A stretch of 64,000 nt of DNA from an uncultured Candidatus Saccharibacteria bacterium (lineage in GTDB: Bacteria; Patescibacteriota; Minisyncoccia; Phycocordibacterales; UBA2163), in the NCBI GenBank assembly GCA_964626705.1, contig CAZVGL010000001.1, forward strand, positions 87,643 through 151,642. The letters are read 5' to 3'. A model generated the notes under the pieces. The model was not told where the DNA came from. It saw only the letters and a program-made list of their open reading frames with translations, and did no database searches. The translations under genes and the position numbers were made by a program. Positions 55,869 through 64,000 of the stretch are shown here, one piece after another; within the stretch, counting starts at the first letter, position 1; each line of letters starts with the position of its first letter.

Positions 55869-57728
55869 ATGATTTTAAATAACAAATCTCAATATAAAGA
55901 AAAAGTGTCCGTAACTTCGTACGGGGTAAAAATCTCAATCCTCATTGCAATACTTTTTTTAATATTTTCTCCACAAGCAACTAGCGCTGATATTACTACA
56001 GGATTAGTTGGTCATTGGAAAATGGACGACAATACAGCAAGTGCGGTTGTTACTGATGACGGTAGTGGTGGTAATAATGCCACAATGAAAGGAACTAATC
56101 CTAATACATCAGACCGTACAGTGGCTGGTAATATAAGTACAGCATTGGATTTCAACGGTAGTGATAATTACGGAGATTTAGGAGATATAACTGATTTTGA
56201 ACTCACGGTACCCTTCTCTATGGCAGCATGGGTCAACATAGACGAATTACCTGCAGTTGCGCCTACAATACTTTCAAAATATGCTTCTGCTGGCGCTTAT
56301 AGAGAATGGTTTTGGGTTATTCATTCTGCTGATAACAAGCAAAGATTTTTTAAATCATCTACTGGTAGTGGAGGATACGAAACATTAATAGCAAATACAG
56401 CTTTTGTCTCAGATGATGTAGGTAGCTGGATTCACCTAGCACTTACAGTTGACTCAGATGGGAATTGGGAATTTTATCATAACGGAACTAGTGATGGTAC
56501 AGGAACCTTTACATCTACAACTATTTTTGCCGGTCCAGCAAAAGCTCATATAGGTGCGGTAGATTCTTCATCTTCCTCTCCGGATCTATTTTTTAATGGC
56601 GCATTAGATGATGTGCGTCTTTATACAAGAGAATTAAGTACAGACGACATCACCGAACTCTACACCTACACAGGAGTAGCAGAAACCACCACCCCCACCG
56701 ACACCTCCTCCCCCCACCACACAGCAGGAGTACCACCAACAGTAACAGAAGTAAAAACAACCTCCATAACAGACACCACAGCCACAGTAACATGGACAAC
56801 AGACAAAGAAGCACACGGAGAGGTATACTACGGTACAGACCTAAGTCCAACAGACGTAAAAGCAGACTGGACACCAATGAAAGACCACAGTATTGAACTT
56901 AGTAATCTACAACCTCAAACAACATACCACTATTCAGTAAGATCAAAAGACATAGCAAATAACTCTGCTTTAACATACTCAGATAGGTTCTCTTTCACTA
57001 CACTAGGTACACCAGATATAGAGCCACCAAGTACACCTAAATACTTAAGATCACGCTCTATATCACCATCTATCATTGACCTATCATGGAGTGAGTCAGT
57101 AGATAACAATAACGGTGTAATATACTCTATATTAAGAAATGACATACTAATAGCTACAATAGTAAATAACTCCTTCAGAGATGATAGTCTACAACCAAAT
57201 ACAGAGTACAAATACACTATTACAGCTATAGATGCTTCAGACAATGAATCATCACAAGTTACCGTTACAGAGAAGACAAGACGTAATGGATCAAAGACAT
57301 ACTCCAGTACATCCTTTGACGATACACCTCCTGAGACACCTAGGAATCTGCGGGCGGTTGTTGTGAGTGATAGTAGGGTTGATTTGAAGTGGAGTAAGTC
57401 TGAAGATGATGTGAAGGTGTGGGGGTATAATGTGTTTCGGGGCGGGGTTCTTGTAGATAATGTAATAAAAAGTAAATATAAAGATCGTGATCTTTCTCCT
57501 AACACCACATACACATACTCCGTATCTGCTTTTGATGTTTCAGACAATGAATCTAACAAATCTTTCAAGGCAGAAGCCACCACACTCTTAAAAGAAGAGT
57601 CAAACTACTGTTCTGCTCTTCAAAAAAGAAGTAGTATTAAAAATGATTCATTATCATACGGAGGAATATTGTTGAGTAAAATACGAAATATAACTGTTAC
57701 AGCATTATCGTTGTGTTGGAATAAATAG
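55869..57728 (+). CDS. Secreted or surface protein: signal/anchor + LamG (concanavalin-A-like) domain + Pro/Thr linker + 3x fibronectin type III domains
   Basis: N-terminal hydrophobic segment. The LamG_3-like region reads LVGHWKMDDN..ALDFNGSDNYGDLG..FSMAAWVN. Three FN3 modules each end in ..Y.Y.V.A.D.S.NES. Confidence 0.65.
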   Translation: MILNNKSQYKEKVSVTSYGVKISILIAILFLIFSPQATSADITTGLVGHWKMDDNTASAVVTDDGSGGNNATMKGTNPNTSDRTVAGNISTALDFNGSDNYGDLGDITDFELTVPFSMAAWVNIDELPAVAPTILSKYASAGAYREWFWVIHSADNKQRFFKSSTGSGGYETLIANTAFVSDDVGSWIHLALTVDSDGNWEFYHNGTSDGTGTFTSTTIFAGPAKAHIGAVDSSSSSPDLFFNGALDDVRLYTRELSTDDITELYTYTGVAETTTPTDTSSPHHTAGVPPTVTEVKTTSITDTTATVTWTTDKEAHGEVYYGTDLSPTDVKADWTPMKDHSIELSNLQPQTTYHYSVRSKDIANNSALTYSDRFSFTTLGTPDIEPPSTPKYLRSRSISPSIIDLSWSESVDNNNGVIYSILRNDILIATIVNNSFRDDSLQPNTEYKYTITAIDASDNESSQVTVTEKTRRNGSKTYSSTSFDDTPPETPRNLRAVVVSDSRVDLKWSKSEDDVKVWGYNVFRGGVLVDNVIKSKYKDRDLSPNTTYTYSVSAFDVSDNESNKSFKAEATTLLKEESNYCSALQKRSSIKNDSLSYGGILLSKIRNITVTALSLCWNK

Positions 57729-57850
57729 GTGACACACTATAATAAATGTATTACTATAGTACTGATTGTTTCAAGCTACGACCGGCGTCGGCACTCACAT
57801 AGACTTTTATTGGAGCTCGCTCTCGCCGGTCATAGCTTGACGGAATTATT

Positions 57851-58792
57851 ATGGAAATAGAACAAAATATCTCTTTAAAAGAATTAACAACATTTATGGT
57901 CGGCGGTAATGCCGACTATTTTTGTAGGGTTTCTTCTGCGGATGAACTTAAAGAAGCTGTAACTTTTGCTAAAGAAAAAAAGCTAGACATTTTTATTTTG
58001 GGTAGCGGTTCTAATATTTTAGTATCTGATGATGGATTTAATGGATTAGTAATAAAAATTGAACTAAAAGGAATTGTCTTTGAGGATAATAAAATAAGTG
58101 CAGGTGCAGGGGAGAGTTGGGACGATGTGGTTAAGTTGTCTGTAGAAAAAGATTTGTACGGAATAGAAAACATGTCTTTTATTCCAGGAACGATAAGCGC
58201 AGGTGTCGTAGGAAATATCGGTGCATATGGTAGTGAGATAAAAGATATCGTGGAATATGTAGAAGTGTTTGATATGAATAATCTTAAAACTTTTGTTTTG
58301 AATAAAGAAGAATGCCAGTTTGATTATAGAAATAGTATTTTTAAAATAAATAAAAATTACGTAGTTACGAAAGTGTGTTTAAATCTTTTAGAAAATGGAG
58401 AACTAAATACGTCATATAAAGATGTGCAGAATTATTTTGAAAAAAACAATACTTCATTAACATTAAAAAACATAAGACAAGCCATAGGTGAGATAAGAAA
58501 TAATAAGTTTCCTGATCTAAATAAGTACGGTACTGCAGGCTCTTTTTTTAAAAACCCTATTATAGATGGTAATAAAATACATCTAGCTAAATTATTAGAT
58601 GAGTTAGGACTTAAAGGGTATAAAGAAGGTGATGTGGCACTTTATGAAAAACAGCCACTCATTGTTGTAAATTTGGGTGGTGCAAATGCGCAAGAAATAA
58701 AAAACTTTACAAACAATGTAGCGCAAAAAGTTTTTGAAAAATTAAATATAAAAATATATCCAGAAATAATTTTTGTAGGAAAATTTACTTAA
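57851..58792 (+). CDS. murB: UDP-N-acetylenolpyruvoylglucosamine reductase
   Basis: FAD-binding PCMH region FMVGGNADYF..ILGSGSNILVSDDGFNGLVIKI; length 313 aa. Confidence 0.88.
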   Translation: MEIEQNISLKELTTFMVGGNADYFCRVSSADELKEAVTFAKEKKLDIFILGSGSNILVSDDGFNGLVIKIELKGIVFEDNKISAGAGESWDDVVKLSVEKDLYGIENMSFIPGTISAGVVGNIGAYGSEIKDIVEYVEVFDMNNLKTFVLNKEECQFDYRNSIFKINKNYVVTKVCLNLLENGELNTSYKDVQNYFEKNNTSLTLKNIRQAIGEIRNNKFPDLNKYGTAGSFFKNPIIDGNKIHLAKLLDELGLKGYKEGDVALYEKQPLIVVNLGGANAQEIKNFTNNVAQKVFEKLNIKIYPEIIFVGKFT

Positions 58793-58994
58793 AAAAAGTT
58801 TTTAAAGTTATCCACACTTTTTTTAAAAAAATATTGTTTTAACTTTTTTTGTATTAGATAATATAAGTAAACACACGCAACACATTTATTTTTAGTTTTG
58901 TAAAATAAATTTTAAAAATAAAAATATTGGTCGGGAGTTGTTGTTGTTTGATTATTAACTCGAAATATAATTGTAATTGATCAATTAAAATAAT

Positions 58995-59264
58995 ATGGCA
59001 ACAAAAAGAAAAGCTGCAAAGCGAAAGCCAGCTAAAAAGCGAGTAGTAAAAAGAAAAGCAGCTCCAAAGAAAAAAGTAGCAAAGCGAAAGCCAGCTAAAA
59101 GGAAAGCAGCACCAAAGAAAAAGAAGGCTGCTCCAAAGCGAAAGCCAGCTAAAAGGAAAGCAGCACCAAAGAAAAAGAAGGCTGCTCCAAAGCGAAAAGC
59201 TGCAAAGCGAAAGCCAGCTAAAAAGAAAGCTGCAAAAAGGAAGCCAGCTCGACGACGACGATAA
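58995..59264 (+). CDS. Histone-H1-like Lys/Ala/Pro-rich basic protein (89 aa)
   Basis: It consists almost entirely of KRKPAKRKAAPKKKKAAPK repeats and is encoded with two exact 54-bp tandem repeats (59081-59188). A terminator lies downstream. The minus-strand ORF at 58854-59360 is its mirror artefact. There is no clear RBS. Confidence 0.5.
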   Translation: MATKRKAAKRKPAKKRVVKRKAAPKKKVAKRKPAKRKAAPKKKKAAPKRKPAKRKAAPKKKKAAPKRKAAKRKPAKKKAAKRKPARRRR

Positions 59265-59280
59265 TTTTGTCATTCGGATA

Positions 59281-59316
59281 AAACAAAGCCCCGTATATAC
59301 GGGGCTTTGTTTTTGT
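59281..59316 (+). terminator. Rho-independent terminator
   Basis: AAACAAAGCCCCGTATATACGGGGCTTTGTTTTTG. Confidence 0.8.
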
Positions 59317-59346
59317 GTTAAAATGGGGGAATTATTACGTTTTATT

Positions 59347-61845
59347 ATGTTTAAACTCAAGAAATTATTTGGAGATGAGAATAAGAAGGCGCTTAAAGCG
59401 TTAGGTCTTGTTGTTGAGAAGGTTAATTCTTTTGAAGATAGTATTTCTGTATTATCTGACGATGCTTTAAAAGGTAAAACTATAGAATTTAAAGAAAGGC
59501 TCTCAAAAGGGGAATCCCTTGATGATCTATTGCCCGAGGCTTATGCGGTGGTACGTGAAGCTGCAAAGCGTAATTTAGATCAACGACATTTCGATGTACA
59601 GCTTATGGGAGGTGTAGTCCTTCATCAAGGCAATATCGCTGAGATGAGGACAGGAGAAGGTAAGACATTAGTAGCCACACTCCCTGTATATTTAAATGCT
59701 CTCTCTGGAAAAGGTGTGCATGTTATTACAGTAAATGATTATCTTTCAAGACGTGATGCCGTATGGATGGGGCAAATCTATAACTTCCTAGGTCTTTCCG
59801 TGGGTATTATTAACCACGAGTCTTCTTTTATATATGATCCTGAGCATAAAGAGTTAGATGAAGAGCGTGACGAAACCGGTTCTTTTAAGGTGGTTGATGA
59901 GTTTATGCGTCCAGTCTCTCGTAAGGAGGCTTATGCTGCTGATATTACATATGGTACAAACAATGAGTTTGGTTTTGATTATTTACGTGACAATATTGAA
60001 TACGAACCAGCAAACCTTCGTCAAAGAGGACATAATTTTGCAATAGTTGATGAGATAGACTCTATTTTAATAGATGAAGCACGAACACCTCTTATTATCT
60101 CAGCTCCAGCTCAAGAGTCAGGTAACTTATATGCACAGTTCAGTAAAATAGCAGGTCAGTTAAATAAAGATGAAGATTTTGAAGTGGATGAAAAAATGCG
60201 TGCAGCATCGCTAACTGATGAAGGTGTAGAAAAAGCCGAAAAGATACTGGGGGTTGATAATATTTATACAGAAAAAGGAGTCAAATTTGTGCATCACCTA
60301 GAGACTGCAGTTCGCGCCAAAGCTTTGTTTGAAAAAGATAAAGATTACGTTGTTAAAGATGGAGAGGTTATTATTGTGGATGAATTTACAGGTCGTATGC
60401 AACCCGGAAGGCGTTGGTCAGAAGGATTGCATCAAGCAATGGAAGCAAAAGAGGGAGTTGAGGTGCAAAGAGAATCTAGAACATTTGCATCTATTACATT
60501 TCAAAACTATTTTAGAATGTACAGCAAGCTTTCCGGTATGACAGGAACAGCTATTACTTCAGAAGAGGAATTTTATAGTGTGTACGGACTTCATACTATA
60601 GCTATGCCGACAAATATACCTGTTAAAAGGATCGACAATGGAGACCTTATTTTCCAGACAGAAAAAGGTAAGTTTAAAGCTATTGCAAGAACTGTAAAAG
60701 AGCTTAATGAAAAAGGTCAGCCTGTGCTTATAGGTACTGCATCGATTGAAAAGAATGAGCTTTTAAGTGCATATTTAACACGCGAAGGTATACCGCATGA
60801 AGTTTTAAATGCTAAAAAGCATGAACAAGAAGGTGAGGTGGTAGCTCAAGCAGGTCATAAAGGTAGGGTGACTATTGCTACAAACATGGCAGGGCGTGGT
60901 GTGGACATCAAGCTCGGAGGGAACCCTGGGTCACAAGAGAAGTATGAAGAAGTGAAGAAGCTCGGTGGTTTGTTTGTACTTGGTACTGAGCGACATGAAG
61001 CTAGACGAATAGATAATCAGCTTCGAGGGCGTTCTGGTAGACAGGGGGATGAAGGAGAGACACAATTTTTTGTTTCTCTTGAAGATTCACTTATGCGCGT
61101 ATTTGCATCTGACATGATAAAAAAGATGATGGGGCGTTTCGGTATAGCAGAAGATGAGCCAATACAAAATTCTCTTATAACACGTTCCCTTGAATCTGCT
61201 CAAACAAAGATAGAAGGATTTAATTTTGATTCAAGAAAACACATACTCGAATATGACGATATTATGAATCAGCAACGTTCTGCGGTTTATGATAGACGAA
61301 GAAAGATAATGCTTGGTACCAAAGATGAAATAAGAAAAGAACTCGAAGAATTAATTGTAGAAGATGAAGGTATACAAAAAATAGTAGAAAGTAAAGAAGC
61401 ACAACTTGGTGAGGAACAGTTTTTAAATACATTTAGAAAGTTAACTCTTCAAGTTATAGATATGCTTTGGGTGGAGCATTTGGAGGTTATGGATTATACA
61501 CGAGGCTCTGTGAACTTGCGTGCTTATGGTCAGAGAGACCCTCTAATAGAATATAAAAAAGAAGGTCTGAGGCTTTTCAAAGATATGGAAATGTCTATAG
61601 ATGACAATGTACTTAAACTTTTGCCAAACATTGGTGGAGAAGCTTTTACACAAGAGAGACAGAAAGTGAAAGAAATACATGAAGAAGGAAGTATTCTGGC
61701 AAAACAACCACAAAAACCACAAGACCCAATTGCGACAGATAGTTCAACAGACAAGACACATACACCATCAGGCGAAAAGATAGGTCGTAATGATCCTTGC
61801 TACTGCGGCTCCGGTAAAAAATTCAAGAAGTGTCATGGGGAATAA
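59347..61845 (+). CDS. secA: Preprotein translocase ATPase SecA
   Basis: DEAD-like motor motifs and the C-terminal zinc finger CYCGSGKKFKKCHG are present. The start is either the ATG at 59347 (MFKLKKLFGD, SecA-like) or the ATG at 59323; I chose 59347 by homology. Confidence 0.93.
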   Translation: MFKLKKLFGDENKKALKALGLVVEKVNSFEDSISVLSDDALKGKTIEFKERLSKGESLDDLLPEAYAVVREAAKRNLDQRHFDVQLMGGVVLHQGNIAEMRTGEGKTLVATLPVYLNALSGKGVHVITVNDYLSRRDAVWMGQIYNFLGLSVGIINHESSFIYDPEHKELDEERDETGSFKVVDEFMRPVSRKEAYAADITYGTNNEFGFDYLRDNIEYEPANLRQRGHNFAIVDEIDSILIDEARTPLIISAPAQESGNLYAQFSKIAGQLNKDEDFEVDEKMRAASLTDEGVEKAEKILGVDNIYTEKGVKFVHHLETAVRAKALFEKDKDYVVKDGEVIIVDEFTGRMQPGRRWSEGLHQAMEAKEGVEVQRESRTFASITFQNYFRMYSKLSGMTGTAITSEEEFYSVYGLHTIAMPTNIPVKRIDNGDLIFQTEKGKFKAIARTVKELNEKGQPVLIGTASIEKNELLSAYLTREGIPHEVLNAKKHEQEGEVVAQAGHKGRVTIATNMAGRGVDIKLGGNPGSQEKYEEVKKLGGLFVLGTERHEARRIDNQLRGRSGRQGDEGETQFFVSLEDSLMRVFASDMIKKMMGRFGIAEDEPIQNSLITRSLESAQTKIEGFNFDSRKHILEYDDIMNQQRSAVYDRRRKIMLGTKDEIRKELEELIVEDEGIQKIVESKEAQLGEEQFLNTFRKLTLQVIDMLWVEHLEVMDYTRGSVNLRAYGQRDPLIEYKKEGLRLFKDMEMSIDDNVLKLLPNIGGEAFTQERQKVKEIHEEGSILAKQPQKPQDPIATDSSTDKTHTPSGEKIGRNDPCYCGSGKKFKKCHGE

Positions 61846-61931
61846 ATAGATTTAAATATCTAAGAAAATTAAAGTCTTAATAAAAAATAGATAGCTTTAA
61901 ATAATGACTAATTTACCATATAATACTTATT

Positions 61932-63362
61932 ATGAGTAAATATATACCAACAATAGGGCTTGAGATACATGCAGAGCTGAATACAAAGACTAAGATGTTC
62001 TGTAGTTCCAAAAACGACCCAGATGAAGTAAAACCTAATATAAATATATGCCCAGTGTGTATGGCACACCCTGGGACGCTTCCTGTTATCAATAAACAGG
62101 CTGTTAAACATGTTTTAACAGTAGGAGTGGCTTTAGGAGGTAAATTAGCTGATTTCACAGAGTTTGACCGCAAAAATTACTTTTATCCAGATATTCCAAA
62201 AGGGTATCAAATAAGTCAGTATAAATACCCGCTTGTTTCAGGTGGTAATTTGGCTGGAGTTGAGATAACAAGAGTGCATTTGGAGGAAGATACTGCCAAA
62301 TCAACTCACGAAGACAGTTACAGCTTAATAGACTTCAATAGAGCTGGAGTACCTCTTATGGAGCTTGTGACAGAGCCTGTAGTGAAAGATGCTAAACAAG
62401 CAGGTCAATTTGCCAAAGAGCTACAGCTTTTATTGCGTACACTAGGAGTGGGGGAGGCAAATATGGAGAAGGGTGAGATGCGTGTCGAGGCAAATATCTC
62501 GGTTAGGCGAGACGAAAGTGAAAGCTTCGGAACAAAGGTAGAAGTGAAAAACCTCAATTCATTTAAGGTGGTTGAGAAAGCAATAGAGTATGAAATAAAA
62601 AGACAAAGCAATTTGCTTGACGAAGGTGGTGAAGTAATACAAGAGACACGAGGTTGGGATGAAGTAAAACAGCAAACTTTCTCACAAAGAATAAAAGAAG
62701 GTTCAGCTGACTATAGATATTTTCCAGACCCAGATCTTCCAAAACTTTATATAAATAAAATAGAAGAATTTTCGGAAAATCTTCTAAAGAATAGTTTGCC
62801 AGAGTTGCCGTGGGACAGGCGAGAGAGGTATAAAATAAAATTTGATATCAAAGAAGAAGATGCAGATATGTTTGTAAAAGATGAATTCCTTTCAAAACTT
62901 TTTGATGCTGTAATAAGTAAGTTCGATGGTGATAAGAAACTTATCAAAACTGCTTCCAACTACATCACATCTGATATAGCAGGACTTGTAAAAGTTGACG
63001 ACTCTCTGGAAGGGAAACTTCATAAAAATATTTCTGCAGAAAGTTTTGCACAGTTGATGTCGATGATTCATAAAAACGAAATCTCATCAAGAGGAGCAAA
63101 AGATATTTTAGCACAGATGTATGAGAGTGGAGGAGCGCCAAGTAAGATTGCAGAAGAGAAAAATCTGTTTCAAAAAAGCGACGAAGGTGAACTTAAAGAA
63201 ATCGTAGCTAAGATAATCTTAGAGAATGAAAAAGTTGTTAACGAGTTTAAAAACGGAAAGCAGGCTGGGTTACAATTTCTAGTGGGGCAGGGTATGAAAG
63301 CTACAAAAGGATCGGCTAATCCAGAAGTGCTTAAAAAACTTTTTGTTGAGGTAATTAGATAA
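61932..63362 (+). CDS. gatB: Asp-tRNA(Asn)/Glu-tRNA(Gln) amidotransferase subunit B
   Basis: IGLEIHAELNTKTKMFC...CPVCMAHPGTLPV is the GatB N-terminus; length 476 aa. Confidence 0.93.
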   Translation: MSKYIPTIGLEIHAELNTKTKMFCSSKNDPDEVKPNINICPVCMAHPGTLPVINKQAVKHVLTVGVALGGKLADFTEFDRKNYFYPDIPKGYQISQYKYPLVSGGNLAGVEITRVHLEEDTAKSTHEDSYSLIDFNRAGVPLMELVTEPVVKDAKQAGQFAKELQLLLRTLGVGEANMEKGEMRVEANISVRRDESESFGTKVEVKNLNSFKVVEKAIEYEIKRQSNLLDEGGEVIQETRGWDEVKQQTFSQRIKEGSADYRYFPDPDLPKLYINKIEEFSENLLKNSLPELPWDRRERYKIKFDIKEEDADMFVKDEFLSKLFDAVISKFDGDKKLIKTASNYITSDIAGLVKVDDSLEGKLHKNISAESFAQLMSMIHKNEISSRGAKDILAQMYESGGAPSKIAEEKNLFQKSDEGELKEIVAKIILENEKVVNEFKNGKQAGLQFLVGQGMKATKGSANPEVLKKLFVEVIR

Positions 63363-63566
63363 TATACTCACATAGCTTTTTCTCAAAAGCACACATAAAT
63401 TTGTCTCTACAAATTTTGCTCTGCTCGTTTCGTTGAGACGAAACTGCGCAAGGCTTTTGAGTAAAACTATGCTTCGTATTACCGTTAGGGAACTAGCGGT
63501 TTTTTGGACTTTTCCACATATGCTAATTACATAGTATTTTGAGGGTAGAGTATAATAATAAGTAAT

Positions 63567-64000
63567 ATGGATGAACTAATATTTGCAGGAAATAAGTATA
63601 TCTCGTCTAAACGAGCGTCAAAGCTTACAGGATACACAACCGACTATATCGGGCAGATGTGCCGTGGTGACAAAATGGATTGTCGTCTTGTTGGTAGAAA
63701 CTGGTACATCAACGAAGAGGTGGTAAAAGCGCAGAAAAAGAGTTTCAAAAAAGAACAATTAAAAGAAGATAAGCGGGCGATAGAATATAAAAAACTTGAT
63801 TTAGATCCAATGTACTATAGCGATGACTTTCGTTCTAACGATATAAAAGTAAACAAATCAGCCGCAGTTATAGATGTAGAAGATGATAGTGATGTAGAAA
63901 TTAAGATCGAAGAGGGTGCACCCGAAGAAGTAAAAAAAGATACGCTCTCAGTATTGCATATGGTAGAGAGCCCAGTGGTTGATTTGAGAGATACAAAGCA
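63567..64000 (+). CDS. Hypothetical protein; the 3' end lies beyond the window
   Basis: The open frame MDELIFAGNKYISSKRASKLTGYTTDYIGQMCRGDKMDCRLVGRNWYINEE.. runs to the window edge. The N-terminus is basic and possibly HTH-like, followed by an acidic tail. Confidence 0.4.
   Translation, partial: MDELIFAGNKYISSKRASKLTGYTTDYIGQMCRGDKMDCRLVGRNWYINEEVVKAQKKSFKKEQLKEDKRAIEYKKLDLDPMYYSDDFRSNDIKVNKSAAVIDVEDDSDVEIKIEEGAPEEVKKDTLSVLHMVESPVVDLRDTK

Noticed and set aside
56634-56877. Cys/Gly/Trp-rich small ORFs on the minus strand (CCPCYCGCGVCYGGC...)
   Set aside because: They are artefacts of the AC-only coding linker of the LamG-FN3 gene read on the opposite strand.
58854-59360. 168-aa minus-strand ORF (Ser/Leu/Trp/Cys-rich repeats)
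   Set aside because: It is the mirror reading of the Lys/Ala repeat. It extends through the downstream terminator and into the secA start region, and it has no RBS. The plus-strand basic protein matches the Lys/Ala tails seen on the r-proteins.

Overview
This is a low-GC (~35%) bacterial window that looks like a Patescibacteria/CPR-type genome. The evidence is the long Lys/Ala-rich tails on ribosomal proteins, a type IV pilus minor-pilin cluster, a ComEC gene split into two, weak Shine-Dalgarno use, and a fragmented ribosomal-protein superoperon.

Gene content by region (bp):
- 1-3454: the 3' end of a pilC/gspF-family gene, three prepilin-like genes and a PilX-like gene.
- 3.4-11.3 kb: tpiA, pgk, a HIT protein, recJ, rnhA, a ComEC core gene, an Fe/Mn superoxide dismutase on the opposite strand, a stand-alone ComEC-type metallo-beta-lactamase domain protein, and ribosomal protein bL28.
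- 11.3-13.6 kb: a site-2 protease-like membrane metalloprotease, then two secreted proteins whose promoter and signal peptide come from an exact 232-bp duplication.
- 13.9-28.1 kb: rpsL-rpsG-fusA, then an inserted permease and two small ORFs, then tuf-rpsJ, a terminator, an unannotated 58-aa Cys4 ORF, rplC-rplD-rplW-rplB, a terminator and promoter, rpsS through rplE, and a terminator (the operon stops after uL5).
- 28.2-55.7 kb: a ~27 kb surface-glycan island with at least 13 glycosyltransferases (GT4, GT2, GT11, a GT47/exostosin-like enzyme, a CgeB-like enzyme and a divergent GT-A protein). The island also encodes three class I SAM methyltransferases, a B12-binding radical SAM enzyme and a GDP-colitose-type deoxysugar pathway (gmd, a ColD-like 3-dehydratase, a Fcl/ColC-family epimerase-reductase). 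An MsbA-like ABC exporter and a Wzy_C/O-antigen-ligase-family membrane protein with a TPR tail complete the set.
- 55.9-64.0 kb: a LamG plus 3xFN3 secreted protein, murB, a histone-H1-like Lys/Ala-repeat protein, secA, gatB and the start of one more gene.

Non-coding structure that is not explained by the genes:
- A family of ~56-72 bp structured repeat units with a TTGCAC head and an internal CGGTTTGT...ACAAACCG inverted repeat. They form tandem arrays directly upstream of rpsL and rplC, plus one truncated solo copy at the junction of the 232-bp duplication.
- A 19-21 bp perfect palindrome (ACAAAGGAC-N-GTCCTTTGT) that has no stop codon in any of the six frames. It sits in frame inside three coding sequences: ComEC and two glycosyltransferases.
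- A conserved hairpin plus U-run in the predicted leader immediately upstream of rplC and rpsS.

I found no tRNA, rRNA, CRISPR array or recognisable transposase.
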